Shown here in pieces: positions 40,248 to 50,308 of a stretch of DNA of 64,000 bases. Location of the stretch: assembly GCA_963422735.1 (NCBI GenBank), contig OY730476.1, forward strand, positions 1,824,001 through 1,888,000. Direction: 5' to 3'. The stretch is from Candidatus Latescibacterota bacterium (lineage in GTDB: Bacteria; Latescibacterota; UBA2968; UBA8231). The notes under the pieces are model-generated. The model ran no database searches and was not told the DNA's origin. It saw only the letters and a list, made by a program, of their open reading frames with translations. The translations under genes were made by a program, and so were the position numbers. The stretch's first letter is position 1. Each line of letters starts with the position of its first letter.

Positions 40248-41094
40248 CAGCACGCGGGACGGGCAACTCGTCGATGTGGCTCTCTAGCCAGCGCGAAAAG
40301 TCCTCTTCAATGGGATCCGACCAGCGGGTATCGATCTGGCCGGGCGTGTATTTGCCCTCGGCTAGACGCTGTTTGCCAAAGCGGTCGCGGAGCGCGATTA
40401 GCTCGGAGGTCTTGACCACCTGTTCGGCTATATGAGGCGGTATGAAGACGACGCCATCGTCGCGGCCGAGGACTACGTCGCCGGGCAGGACCGTGGCACC
40501 GCCGATGCGCACCGGGCAGTTGACCCCGGCCAGCATGATGGTGGGGGAGGCAAAGGTGGGGTGAAAGCCGCGCACGAAACTGGTGAAATCGGGCAGCTCT
40601 TGGATGCCGTCGATATCGCGGACGGCTGCGTCGTGTACCACTCCGTTGCCCGAATTAGCGTAGATGGCGGTGGCGAGGTTGTCGCCAATGACAGCGCCTT
40701 GGTCAATTTTGCCGAATACGTCGGCTACGTACACATCCCCGGGCACCAGCATGTCAATGGGCCACGAGATCTGGTCGCCAATGCAGCCGGCCCGCTCCCC
40801 TTTTGCTTCCATGACCCGACGCATGACGGGCCGCCGCGGCAGGTACGCGGCCGTCAGAGCGCGGCCCACCAGCACTTGGCCGGGATGCGTGCAAATCCAG
40901 CCGTCTTCGTACTGCCAGTTGTAGCCGGGGCCGCGCAAGACGCCCCAAGCTTGGGTAATGCTGACGTTGTGCATGCGCGCGAGGATGTCGTCGGGCACCT
41001 TGGGGCGACCGTCGGCAAAGCGCTCGCCCTGCCACTGTGGGGTGTACTCGATTAGCTCTTCTGGGGACATGTTCAAAGGGGCAAATTTTTCCAT
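40213..41094 (-). CDS. RraA-like/HMG aldolase family protein
   Basis: GDNLA, VRDI, V.IGG..V.PGDVVLG..DGVVFIP. Confidence 0.85.
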   Translation of the reverse strand: MEKFAPLNMSPEELIEYTPQWQGERFADGRPKVPDDILARMHNVSITQAWGVLRGPGYNWQYEDGWICTHPGQVLVGRALTAAYLPRRPVMRRVMEAKGERAGCIGDQISWPIDMLVPGDVYVADVFGKIDQGAVIGDNLATAIYANSGNGVVHDAAVRDIDGIQELPDFTSFVRGFHPTFASPTIMLAGVNCPVRIGGATVLPGDVVLGRDDGVVFIPPHIAEQVVKTSELIALRDRFGKQRLAEGKYTPGQIDTRWSDPIEEDFSRWLESHIDELPVPRAAIQELLEERTW

Positions 41095-41134
41095 AGCAGT
41101 GCTTCTCTTCGTTGAAGTTTGCGCGGAGCCTTCC

Positions 41135-41929
41135 CTACTTTCCCTTCCACACCGGTTTCCGCTTCTCGGTGAATGCCTTCGGCCCTTCGACAAAGTCGTC
41201 CGACTCATACACGCACTCGGCCAGTGGAAAGCGCGTGTTGACCGCCTCCCACAAAGGCAGTTCCAACCCCCGCACAGCCGCCTCTTTCCCCGCCTGCAAG
41301 GCTAGGGGCGCACACGCCAAAATCGCCTCCACCCACTGCTCTGCGGCCGCTTGCAGGCCCTCGGCTGGCACCACTTGGTTGACTAACCCAATCCGCCGCG
41401 CTTCCTCCGCCGATATGAATTCTCCGGTCAGTATAAGCTGCATGGCAGCACTCCACGGCAGCAGCCGGATCAGCTTGTGGATGCCCCCGGCGTCGGCCAG
41501 CAACCCGCGCCGTGCCTCGGGCAATCCCAATTGCGCATGCTCGGCCGCCACCACCAAGTCGCACCCTAAGACCAGCTCCAACCCGCCGCCCACTGCATAG
41601 CCATTGACCACGGCCAAAAGCGGCTTATAGCAATCGCGGCCCCGCTGGAAACCCCGCACGGCCCCGCTGACCTCGGCGCGGTTGTGGCTGCGCGCTTCCT
41701 CGCCTGCTTCAGCCCGCCACTTCAGGTCTGAACCAGCGCAAAACGCTCGTGCGCCACTGCCGGTCAAAACCCCAACCCATACGCTGTCATCGTCGCGGAT
41801 TCGCTCCCAAGCGTCGGCCAACTCCTCGGCCATGGGAGGGTGTATGGCGTTGAGAACCTCGGGGCGGTTGAGGGTGACCGTGGCGACGTGGTCGCGCTGT
41901 TCGTAGAGGATGAATTCGTAGTGGGCCAT
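41135..41929 (-). CDS. enoyl-CoA hydratase/carnitinyl-CoA dehydratase family
   Basis: AFCAGSDL, GGGLEL, GLPE, EGPKAFTEKRKP. Confidence 0.92.
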   Translation of the reverse strand: MAHYEFILYEQRDHVATVTLNRPEVLNAIHPPMAEELADAWERIRDDDSVWVGVLTGSGARAFCAGSDLKWRAEAGEEARSHNRAEVSGAVRGFQRGRDCYKPLLAVVNGYAVGGGLELVLGCDLVVAAEHAQLGLPEARRGLLADAGGIHKLIRLLPWSAAMQLILTGEFISAEEARRIGLVNQVVPAEGLQAAAEQWVEAILACAPLALQAGKEAAVRGLELPLWEAVNTRFPLAECVYESDDFVEGPKAFTEKRKPVWKGK

Positions 41930-41932
41930 GAC

Positions 41933-42916
41933 TCAAGACGGTACTTCGACTAGGCTCCCCGATTCGGCGGCCTGCTTCAGCGCCTGTAGCGCGGCCACGT
42001 TTTTGAGGCCATCTGCGGGGGGGAATTCGGGAGCCTTGCCTTGGAGAATGCAGCTAGAAAAGCGCGCTAGCTGCACTTGAAAGCGATCCGGCCCGGAGAA
42101 GGTCTCCACGCGCTCATCGTTGCCGATGGCTATGTGGACCGCTGCCTGCTCGTCGAACATGTTGGGTACGCGGATCGCGCCGTGGCTACCGACGACCTCC
42201 AACACGCAGCGGAACGGCTCCTCCATGCCAGCCGCGATATAGGCGACGTGGTCGCCGGGGAAGCGCAACAGTCCGGCCAAGGTCGCATCCACGCCGTTGC
42301 GCACGTGCTGAAAAGCCTGCGCGGCCACCGGCTCGGCATTGAGCACAAAGCGCACTGCGCTGACGCAATAACACCCGGCGTCCAAGAGCGCGCCCCCGCC
42401 CAATTTTTTTTTGGCCCGGACGTCGGTGGCCCAATTGCGAATGCCGAAGGTCAGCTCGGCCCGCGCTAACTTTACCTCGCCAATCTCTCCCTGCTGCACC
42501 AGCCGGCGCGCACACTGCAATTGCGGGTTGAGGCGGTGGGTGAAAGCCTCGACTAAGCGGACCCCGTTGGCTTGGGCTGCGTCGATCATCTGCTGCGCTT
42601 GCGCCACAGTAACGGCGAGCGGTTTTTCGCAGAGGATGTGCTTGCCGGCCTGCGCCGCCTTGACCGTCCATTCGCAGTGCATGCTATTGGGCAAGGGATT
42701 GATGATCGCGTCGATTTCGGGATCGTCCAGCACGGCTTGGTACGAGCCGTACGCCTTAGCAATGCCGCATTGGGCTGCGCTTGCTTTGGCTTTGGCTTGG
42801 TCCCTGCTCGATATGGCCGCGACCTCGGCATTGCCTATGGCCTGCGCGGCCGGCAGGTGGCGGTTGAGGGCGATCTGGGCAGTGCCCAATACTCCATAGC
42901 GCACAATGTCAGTCAT
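41933..42916 (-). CDS. Gfo/Idh/MocA oxidoreductase
   Basis: GTAQIA, AGKHILCEKP, GGGALLDAGCY. Confidence 0.92.
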   Translation of the reverse strand: MTDIVRYGVLGTAQIALNRHLPAAQAIGNAEVAAISSRDQAKAKASAAQCGIAKAYGSYQAVLDDPEIDAIINPLPNSMHCEWTVKAAQAGKHILCEKPLAVTVAQAQQMIDAAQANGVRLVEAFTHRLNPQLQCARRLVQQGEIGEVKLARAELTFGIRNWATDVRAKKKLGGGALLDAGCYCVSAVRFVLNAEPVAAQAFQHVRNGVDATLAGLLRFPGDHVAYIAAGMEEPFRCVLEVVGSHGAIRVPNMFDEQAAVHIAIGNDERVETFSGPDRFQVQLARFSSCILQGKAPEFPPADGLKNVAALQALKQAAESGSLVEVPS

Positions 42917-42932
42917 AGGGTCTCCTGTACAA

Positions 42933-44153
42933 TCAGAGAATGACGTCCTGTGCGCGCAACGCGGCGATCTCGGCCTCCGCGTACCCGGCCTCGCGCAGCA
43001 CAGCCTCGGTGTGTTCCCCGGCTAGGGGGGCTGGGGCTGGGGCTGGGGCTGGCGTCCCCGCTAGCCGCAGGGGCGTACCGACGTGGCGCATAGTACCCAC
43101 CTGCGGATGCTGAACTTCGACTAGCATCTCGTTGACGGCGAGCTGAGGGTCTGCTAGGGCTTCGGCTGTCGAGCGCACCGGTGCGACGAGGATGTCCTTG
43201 GCCTCCAGCAGCGGAATCCACTCGGCACTTGTTTTCTCTGCGAAGAGCGGTGCTAGCCGTTCCCGCAGGGCCTCGCGGTGATCCACAGCTGCGGCGAGCG
43301 TGGCAAAGCGCGGGTCCCCAACTAGCCCTTCGATTGCTAGGGCCTCCTGCAAATCGCTCAATAGTTGGTCAAAGGGACGAAAAAGCGCGGTGACCATCAA
43401 GAAGCCATCGGCCGTCTCGAATACCGATCCGTCGAGCGGGTTGCCGCGCGGATGAGTCGCTCCTCCCGAGCCATCGTCTTCTCCGTCGTCGCCCAAGTTG
43501 AGAATTTTGGTCGTCGCCCAAGCCTGCATACTGATCATGCCGTCGAGGAGCGAGGTTTCCACATATTGTCCGGTGCCGGTGCGCTCGCGGGCCAAAAGCG
43601 CGAGGAGAATGCCCTGCGCCAGCAACATGCCGCCGTTGAAGTCGGCGACCGTATAGGGCAGGCGTTGGGGCGTGCCGTGGGGGCCGACGAAGCGAGCCGC
43701 CACGCCACTTAGTGCTTGGGCCATGGACTCGTGGCCGCCCTTGTTGCGCTCGCTGTACGGGCCTTGCGAGCCATAGCCCGAGCCAACAGCGTAGATGAGC
43801 CGAGGGTATTCCTCTCGTAGCGCAGCGCAATCCAGCCCCAGCTTGGCCATGACGGCACCGGAGCGGAAGTTGTGCACCAGCACGTCCGTGTTTGCTAGCA
43901 GGCGATGGACGATCTGACGCCCAGCGGACTTCTTGAGATCGACGATTAGGCTTTTTTTGGAGCGGTTGAAGCTGGCAAAGGGCAGGCTTTGCTCCTTTAT
44001 CCACGGTCCGAAGGCGCGGGCTAGGTCGCCGTTAGGTCGCTCTATTTTGATGACTTCGGCTCCGTGATCGGCCAAAACTTGGGTGGCGGCCGGGCCGAAA
44101 ATCACTTGGGTAAAGTCGAGGACGCGGATGCCGTCGAGTGCGGGCATGGACAT
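42933..44153 (-). CDS. family III CoA-transferase (CaiB/BaiF)
   Basis: LDGIRVLD, GAEVIKIE, NRSKKS, HNFR, APLAGEHT; start after GAGGAG. Confidence 0.92.
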   Translation of the reverse strand: MSMPALDGIRVLDFTQVIFGPAATQVLADHGAEVIKIERPNGDLARAFGPWIKEQSLPFASFNRSKKSLIVDLKKSAGRQIVHRLLANTDVLVHNFRSGAVMAKLGLDCAALREEYPRLIYAVGSGYGSQGPYSERNKGGHESMAQALSGVAARFVGPHGTPQRLPYTVADFNGGMLLAQGILLALLARERTGTGQYVETSLLDGMISMQAWATTKILNLGDDGEDDGSGGATHPRGNPLDGSVFETADGFLMVTALFRPFDQLLSDLQEALAIEGLVGDPRFATLAAAVDHREALRERLAPLFAEKTSAEWIPLLEAKDILVAPVRSTAEALADPQLAVNEMLVEVQHPQVGTMRHVGTPLRLAGTPAPAPAPAPLAGEHTEAVLREAGYAEAEIAALRAQDVIL

Positions 44154-44341
44154 CTTATGGCTCCTCTTGATGCTCAAGTACGCTCGCTACCCCAAACGCC
44201 GCGATGTTACGGCTCTCACGGCTGCACTCCATCGCGATCGGGTGGATCGGCACACCCCGGGTACAGTAATTATCAGTGTACTGCCGCTCCTTCAACATGC
44301 CGCGCCGCGCTTCTCTTTGCACCACCCCCTGTACGCCACAG

Positions 44342-44794
44342 TTAGGCTGTGGATATTGAGTCGAGGAGCGCGTCATAGATTTTCTGGTTGATGCGTCCTG
44401 CTCGAAATAACTCATTGAGTTTATCGTGCGCGTCTGTTGCTGAAATGCCATGATAATCTGCTCTGCAACCTGTGCAACACGGCGTCCGACCGTTTCCTCA
44501 ATGAGGAGAGGCAACTGTAATGCAAGCGCAAGTTGTATTGCTTGTGTCTCTCCATCGTGCAACCTTTCTGCTCCTGAAATAACGGGAGCTTGTGATACGG
44601 GACGAACCTCAATGAGGTCAATGGTGTTGTGTAATGCAGGTACTCCTGTGGGTCCACAAATTGCCCTTCTGCTACTTCGTCAAGCACAGCAGGGGAATAA
44701 TCAGCTTCTCGTATAGACAGCGGATGAGGCCGTACCCTTGATTGAGCTTCTCCAACGAGATCAACAGCCCATTATTGCTCACAATATGCTGCAC
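44342..44794 (-). pseudogene. DUF3368-type PIN toxin, multiply frameshifted
   Basis: IVSNNGLLISL...IIP/AVLDEV.../LHDGETQAIQLAL...LLIEE..GRRVA/...LFRAGRINQKIY spread over several frames. Confidence 0.75.
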
Positions 44795-44800
44795 GGCTCC

Positions 44801-45031
44801 TCATGCGCATAGTTCTACATCAATAGTCTCCGGCGTATCCGCCAAGATGGAAAACCCGAACCGTGGCAGCAATTCCTCAAACGCACGACGAGAGATCCCG
44901 AGCGCGAGGCACGCTTCTTTCTCGGAGAGTTTTCCCACATGATAGAGCGTTACCCCTAATGCTTCCTTGAGGTATGTTTGGTCGAGATGAACAAGCGCAG
45001 CCGTGTCAGGCAGGTCTAAAGAGATTTCCAT
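44801..45031 (-). CDS. UPF0175 family antitoxin
   Basis: LYHVGKLS..EA..LGISRRAFEELL; adjacent to the DUF3368 remnant. Confidence 0.85.
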   Translation of the reverse strand: MEISLDLPDTAALVHLDQTYLKEALGVTLYHVGKLSEKEACLALGISRRAFEELLPRFGFSILADTPETIDVELCA

Positions 45032-45045
45032 ATTGGACCTCATTC

Positions 45046-45465
45046 TCATATCGATGGATGCGAAAAGTGCATATACAGGAACTCTTTTGGACTGAGCACT
45101 TGGCAATTGCCTCGCTTCTCTAAAGGATAATGGGTCGCATTGCCCGTCACCAAGGACACCTCTGCCGATAGGGCTACTTCCAAAAACGGTGCGTCTCCTA
45201 CATCCGGTAGGCAGCGTGCGACGAAGCGACTGGCAATGTGTAGGGCATGGTTGTCGAGGTACTCCAATATATCTTCCCGATCTTGTTCGGAGAAGTACGC
45301 ACGGAAAGCGTCGCGACGCAAAACGTCGTGGTATTCGGCCAAGATGCGGTCGTCCACCATCACTTGCAACGCATCCACCTGCAACAAGTCAACGATCCGC
45401 CCGGGGTAACCGTGGGGGTTGATCAGCCCGGATACCAGAACGTTGGTATCAACAACTGCCTTCAC
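45046..45465 (-). CDS. PIN domain toxin
   Basis: VVDTNVLVSG, EY, DVGDAPFLE, LVTGN. Confidence 0.88.
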   Translation of the reverse strand: MKAVVDTNVLVSGLINPHGYPGRIVDLLQVDALQVMVDDRILAEYHDVLRRDAFRAYFSEQDREDILEYLDNHALHIASRFVARCLPDVGDAPFLEVALSAEVSLVTGNATHYPLEKRGNCQVLSPKEFLYMHFSHPSI

Positions 45466-45742
45466 GAAGGCCGCGTTCTTTCCTGCTCTGGTCAATCTCT
45501 GCTGCGATCGCCGTATCGTCGGGCATTCCCTCCGTCTCGGCCCGCTTCCGCACCCGGCTCACAGCGGCTGCAAAGAGCGTCCGACGAATCTCTCGCAACG
45601 ACTCTTCTAAGGTCTCTGGAGAGATGCTGATCATCAAGGCCGAAGGCTTGCCATCCTTGGTAATGACCAATTCTCGCTCGCTGGCCAGCTTTTCCCAGAG
45701 TTCCCTAGTCTTTTTGAGATCTTTTACGGCGAGATAGTCCAT
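45449..45742 (-). CDS. Phd/YefM family antitoxin
   Basis: LVITKDGKP.A; AAGGAG RBS; overlaps the PIN gene. Confidence 0.85.
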   Translation of the reverse strand: MDYLAVKDLKKTRELWEKLASERELVITKDGKPSALMISISPETLEESLREIRRTLFAAAVSRVRKRAETEGMPDDTAIAAEIDQSRKERGLREGSC

Positions 45743-45863
45743 ATATATCTCCTTTTTATCTCTTTTTTGTAATATAATTTATACAATGCACCGCGCAAGA
45801 GGCTCCTCCATCCCGCTTATGCTATTCGACTTTGACCGGGCGTAAACTATTGTCAAAGGGGAA

Positions 45864-46718
45864 ATGCCCTTTAACTTTGTAACCATGACCCAGCCCTTCG
45901 CCCAAGCCGTCCTCCCCCCTGAAGATCAAGCATTTTTTGAACAGCAGGGCTATCTCCTCGTCGAAGACGCCCTCCCCCCCGACGCGCTCGCCGAGCTCAA
46001 CGCGGCCACCGACATGCTCTACGCACGCGACGCCGACGCCGGTCTGCTCGAAAAAGGCGGCAAGCTCAACATGCGCAACTGCATCGTCGAGCACCCCGCC
46101 TTTCTCCAGCTCCTCGATTGGCCCACCACGGTCCCGCTAGCGTGGCAGCTCCTCGGCTGGAATATCCAGATGCTGACTTCGCATTTGATCGTCCTACCTT
46201 CGGGCGGCGAGCCGACTGAAGACGAGAAAAACAAGCTCGGCTGGCATCGCGATGGCGGCACCTCGCCCCGTGAGATGAGCGAGCCGCACCCGCGGATTTT
46301 GCTCAAGATCGCCTATGCCCTCAGCGACCAGACCGCCCCAGCCTCAGGGGCTACTTGGATCGTGCCCGGCTCCAATCGCCTGCTCGGACGCCCGGCCATA
46401 AACCCCAAGACCGGACTGCCATACGGCGCACAAGCGATGAATATCCGCGCTGGCTCGGCCTTCCTGTTCGAGCAACGCACCTATCACTCAATCGGCCACA
46501 ATTGGGCAGGCTTCCCGCGCAAGACCGTGTTCTTTGGCTATGGTTATCGCTGGGTCAAACCCATGGATTATATCTCCATGCCCGACGAACTCGTCGCCCG
46601 CTGCAATCCGATCCAAAAACAGTTCATTGGCGTCGTCGGAGATCCCTTGAGCTACTACTTGCCTCGGGACGAAGACGTGCCGCTCAAGGCGCTCGTCGAA
46701 ACGGAAGCCAATCAATAG
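45864..46718 (+). CDS. PhyH family dioxygenase
   Basis: FEQQGYL, WHRD, VPGSN, TYHS. Confidence 0.88.
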   Translation: MPFNFVTMTQPFAQAVLPPEDQAFFEQQGYLLVEDALPPDALAELNAATDMLYARDADAGLLEKGGKLNMRNCIVEHPAFLQLLDWPTTVPLAWQLLGWNIQMLTSHLIVLPSGGEPTEDEKNKLGWHRDGGTSPREMSEPHPRILLKIAYALSDQTAPASGATWIVPGSNRLLGRPAINPKTGLPYGAQAMNIRAGSAFLFEQRTYHSIGHNWAGFPRKTVFFGYGYRWVKPMDYISMPDELVARCNPIQKQFIGVVGDPLSYYLPRDEDVPLKALVETEANQ

Positions 46719-46726
46719 GGGAGCAT

Positions 46727-47491
46727 ATGGATATCGCACGCGCATTGGACGCATTGGACGCCTGCAAAGACCTACTGACCGAGCAGAACAGAAACGACCT
46801 CGACGAGAAGGGCTACACCATACTCCCGGATATCATCGACGGCGAGTGGCTCGCGGCACTGCGTACCCGCTTCGAGGAGCTATGCGAGAAAGAAGGAGTC
46901 CACGCCGGTATCGAAGTCCATCAGGAGCAGGGCACTCGCCGCCTCTCCGACCTCTGCAACAAGGGGCCGGTCTTTGACCGCGTCTATACTCATCCCAAGG
47001 TGCTGGCCGCCGTCCACCACGTCATCGGCCGCCCCTTCAAGCTCTCCTCGCTCAACGCCCGCGACGCCCTGCCCGGCGAGGGATTACAGGGGCTACACGC
47101 CGACTGGGGAGCAGATTACGACGGCCAGTTTCACGTCTGCAACTCGATCTGGCTACTGGACGACTTCAGCGAGAAAAACGGCTGTACTCGGCTGGTGCCC
47201 GGTTCGCATAAAGGCCAGCACCCGCGCAATGCCTTGGAAGACGCGCAGGCACCCCACCCCGATGAAGAGTTACTCATCGCCCCGGCCGGCACAGTTGCCG
47301 TCTTCAATAGCCACATGTGGCACGGCGGCACCTGCAATCAGAGCAAGGACCTGCCGCGCCGCGCCATGCACTGCTACTTCACCGCCCGCGAGCACGGCCA
47401 ACAGCTCAACCAGCGCGAGCACCTGCGCTACGAGGCCTGGAAGCGCATCTCACCAGCGGCGCGCTATATCCTCGATGTGGATGTGGATTAG
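46727..47491 (+). CDS. PhyH family dioxygenase
   Basis: EKGY, LHADW, NGCTRLVPGSH, WHGGT.N; ATG 46727 after GGGGAG. Confidence 0.9.
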   Translation: MDIARALDALDACKDLLTEQNRNDLDEKGYTILPDIIDGEWLAALRTRFEELCEKEGVHAGIEVHQEQGTRRLSDLCNKGPVFDRVYTHPKVLAAVHHVIGRPFKLSSLNARDALPGEGLQGLHADWGADYDGQFHVCNSIWLLDDFSEKNGCTRLVPGSHKGQHPRNALEDAQAPHPDEELLIAPAGTVAVFNSHMWHGGTCNQSKDLPRRAMHCYFTAREHGQQLNQREHLRYEAWKRISPAARYILDVDVD

Positions 47492-47833
47492 TCTTCGGCG
47501 ACCCGCCCAATTGTCTCGGTCTCGTCCCACACCCTCAACCGCCCCCAACAGCACGGCCAGTACAACGCCGCCAAGGCCGGGGCCTACCAACTCACTAGAG
47601 TGTGCGCCGCAGAGTGGGCCGTGCGCGGCGTTCGCGCCAATTCCATCCGCCCCGGCCACACGCTCACCCCCATGACCGCTCACGCCGAAGACGATATGAA
47701 AAACGCTTGGCTCGCCAACACCCCGATGGGCCGCTTGGGCGTCCCAACCGACTATCAGGGTGCCGTCGTTTTCCTTGCTTCGGACGCCTCTTCTTACGCG
47801 ACCGGCCACGACTTGGTTGTCGATGGCGGGTAA
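47492..47833 (+). pseudogene. 5'-truncated SDR oxidoreductase
   Basis: NRPQQHGQYNAAKAG..EWA.RGVRANSI.PG...TPMGRLG...FLASDASSYATG..LVVDGG*; Rossmann N-terminus absent. Confidence 0.8.
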
Positions 47834-47835
47834 AG

Positions 47836-49164
47836 CTAGTCATAGTACTCGTTCCCCAAGTGGGTAATCAGTTCTTCTCCCTGCAAGAAGCGCAGTGTGT
47901 TCTTGAGCTTCATTAACTGGATAAACAGGTCGTGTTCGGGATAGAGATCGGGCGCAGTCATCGGGCTTTTGAAGTAAAACGAGAGCCACTCTTGGATCCC
48001 CGCCATCTGCGCTCGCTGTGCCAAGTCGGCAAACAGCACCAAGTCCAAGACCAGCGGCGCGGCGAGAATCGAATCGCGGCAGAGAAAATTGACCTTGATC
48101 TGCATGGGCATTTCCAGCCAGCCGAAGATGTCGATATTGTCCCAGCCCTCCTTCTCGTCACCGCGCGGAGGATAGTAGTTGATCCGCACTTTGTGGTAAA
48201 TATCGCTGTAGAGCTGGGGGTAGAGGTTGGGCTGCAAGATGAACTCTAGCACGTCGAGCTTGCTGACTTCCTTGGTCTTGAACGAGTCTGGGTCGTCGAG
48301 CACCTCGCCGTCGCGATTGCCCAAGATGTTGGTCGAAAACCAGCCCTGTACGCCGAGCATCCGCGCCTTGAGACCAGGAGCTAAAAGGGTCTTCATCAGG
48401 GTCTGGCCGGTCTTGAAGTCCTTGCCGCCGATGGGCACGCCCTTTTGCCGCGCCAGTTCGACCATGGCCGGGATGTCCACGGTCAAGTTCGGCGCACCGT
48501 TTAGAAAGGGTACGCCTTCCTGTAGCGCGGCGTAGGCGTAGATCATGCTCGGGGGAATGGCCGGGTGGTTTTCCTCGATCGCTTTTTCGAGGCTCTCGAT
48601 CTCGTCGTGTACTTCGTGGTGCTGCATGAAAATCTCCGTGCTGCCGCACCAGATCATCACCAGCCGATCGATGCGGTTGTCGGCCTTGAAGCGCTGGATG
48701 TCTTCGCGTATTTCCAGCACGGCGTCCCATTTGCTCTTGGCACTTTTGACATTAGAGCCTTCGAGACGGCGCACGTAGTTGCGGTCGAAAACCGCGGGCA
48801 TAGGCTTGACGGCCTTGAGAGGGTCTTCTAGCTGGTCGAGCAGACTCTTGTCCAAGACGCCGGCGTGGACGGCGGAGTCATAGGCGTCCTCTGGGAAGAC
48901 GTCCCAGCCACCGAAGACTAGGCTGTCGAGACCGGCCAGAGGCACAAAGTCCTTGATGAGCGGCGAGCGTCCTTCAGTGCGCTTACCTAGGCGGATGGTG
49001 CCCATCTGGGTCAGCGAGCCGATGGGCTGGCCGATACCGGCTTTGATCGCTTCGACGCCGGCGATAACCGTGGTGGCCACAGCGCCCATGCCGGGAATTA
49101 GGACGCCAAGTTTGCCCGTGGCCGGGGCGATGGATGTGGGTTGGTTCACGGGTGTCTCCTTCAT
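47836..49164 (-). CDS. ino1: myo-inositol-1-phosphate synthase
   Basis: GMGAVAT, GKDFKTGQT, NILGNRDG, RGDEKEGWD, CRDSILAAP. Confidence 0.93.
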   Translation of the reverse strand: MKETPVNQPTSIAPATGKLGVLIPGMGAVATTVIAGVEAIKAGIGQPIGSLTQMGTIRLGKRTEGRSPLIKDFVPLAGLDSLVFGGWDVFPEDAYDSAVHAGVLDKSLLDQLEDPLKAVKPMPAVFDRNYVRRLEGSNVKSAKSKWDAVLEIREDIQRFKADNRIDRLVMIWCGSTEIFMQHHEVHDEIESLEKAIEENHPAIPPSMIYAYAALQEGVPFLNGAPNLTVDIPAMVELARQKGVPIGGKDFKTGQTLMKTLLAPGLKARMLGVQGWFSTNILGNRDGEVLDDPDSFKTKEVSKLDVLEFILQPNLYPQLYSDIYHKVRINYYPPRGDEKEGWDNIDIFGWLEMPMQIKVNFLCRDSILAAPLVLDLVLFADLAQRAQMAGIQEWLSFYFKSPMTAPDLYPEHDLFIQLMKLKNTLRFLQGEELITHLGNEYYD

Positions 49165-49312
49165 TGAAGAGTTATGTCGTTCGCTACGAGATAAAGTAGA
49201 GGGTTCTATTCATTGGGCAAATTGATTATTGCTATGTAATTGATAGAAAAAATTAATGTGTCTTGCACAGTCATTAAACGGGAGGGGAGCGGAAGCTACA
49301 GAAAGGTGGGAA

Positions 49313-50308
49313 TCAGGCGGCGAGGCGTTCTGGATCGGTGTCGCGCAGTTCCGAGAGGTGAGCCAACAAGGGGGTTAGCTCCTTGTAGCTGGCCAGCTCG
49401 GCTCTGAGCCGCGCCGCGCCGCGCAGACCGCGAAAGTACCCGGCGTAGTGGCGCCGCATGCCGACTAGCGCCTCTTGCGGGCCGCCGTGCTCGACGGCCC
49501 GCCGCAGGTGCCTGAGGCACAGTTCGGCGCGCTCCTGCCAGTTTGGTTCGGGCAAGAGCTCACCCGTCTTTAGATAGTGCTGGGATTCGCGAAAAATCCA
49601 CGGGTGACGGATGGCGCCGCGGCCGATCATCACCCCGTCGCATCTCGTGCTGTCAAAGGCGTGTTTGACCATTTGCGGCGAGGTCACGTCGCCGTTGAGA
49701 ATGATCGGTATCGAGACTGCCGCCTTGACTTTGGGTATCCACTCGTAGGCCACCGCGCCCTTGTGGCCTTGCGCTCGGGTGCGGCAGTGAATGGCCAGCG
49801 CCTGTACGCCCAGATCCTCGAGCATCTGGGCCACCTCGACGATGCGGATGCTCTGCTGGTCCCAGCCGAGGCGCGTCTTTACGGTCACCGGCAAGTGCGT
49901 CGCGCCAATGACGCGCGAGACGACCTCCTTCATCTGCGGCAAGTCGCGCAAAAGCCCAGCCCCGGCTCCGCGTAGTGCCACATTGCTCACCCAACAGCCG
50001 CAGTTGATGTCGATGAAATCTGGATTCTGCGAGCTGGCGATCTCGGTGGCTTTCTCCATAGACAGCGAGGCCGCACCGTAGAGCTGGATCGCCAAGGGCC
50101 GCTCGGTTTCTGAGAAGCGCAGCTTGCGAAAAGCGCGGCGCGGCCCGTTGGGATCTTCGCGCAACAGACCCTCGGCATTGACGAATTCAGTGTACGCGAT
50201 ATCAGCACCCAGTTCCCTGCAAATCAGGCGGAAGGGTAGCTGTGAGACATCCTCCATGGGCGCTAGCAGGATGCCGGGATCCGCGGTTATCGGGCCGACG
50301 CGGAACAT
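49313..50308 (-). CDS. dusB: tRNA-dihydrouridine synthase B
   Basis: LAPME, DINCGC, VKTRLGWD, HCRT, NGDV, GVMIGRGA. Confidence 0.92.
   Translation of the reverse strand: MFRVGPITADPGILLAPMEDVSQLPFRLICRELGADIAYTEFVNAEGLLREDPNGPRRAFRKLRFSETERPLAIQLYGAASLSMEKATEIASSQNPDFIDINCGCWVSNVALRGAGAGLLRDLPQMKEVVSRVIGATHLPVTVKTRLGWDQQSIRIVEVAQMLEDLGVQALAIHCRTRAQGHKGAVAYEWIPKVKAAVSIPIILNGDVTSPQMVKHAFDSTRCDGVMIGRGAIRHPWIFRESQHYLKTGELLPEPNWQERAELCLRHLRRAVEHGGPQEALVGMRRHYAGYFRGLRGAARLRAELASYKELTPLLAHLSELRDTDPERLAA

Noticed and set aside
43026-43052. (GGGGCT)n repeat
   Set aside because: Encodes a short Pro-Ala linker in the CoA-transferase; ordinary in-frame microsatellite.
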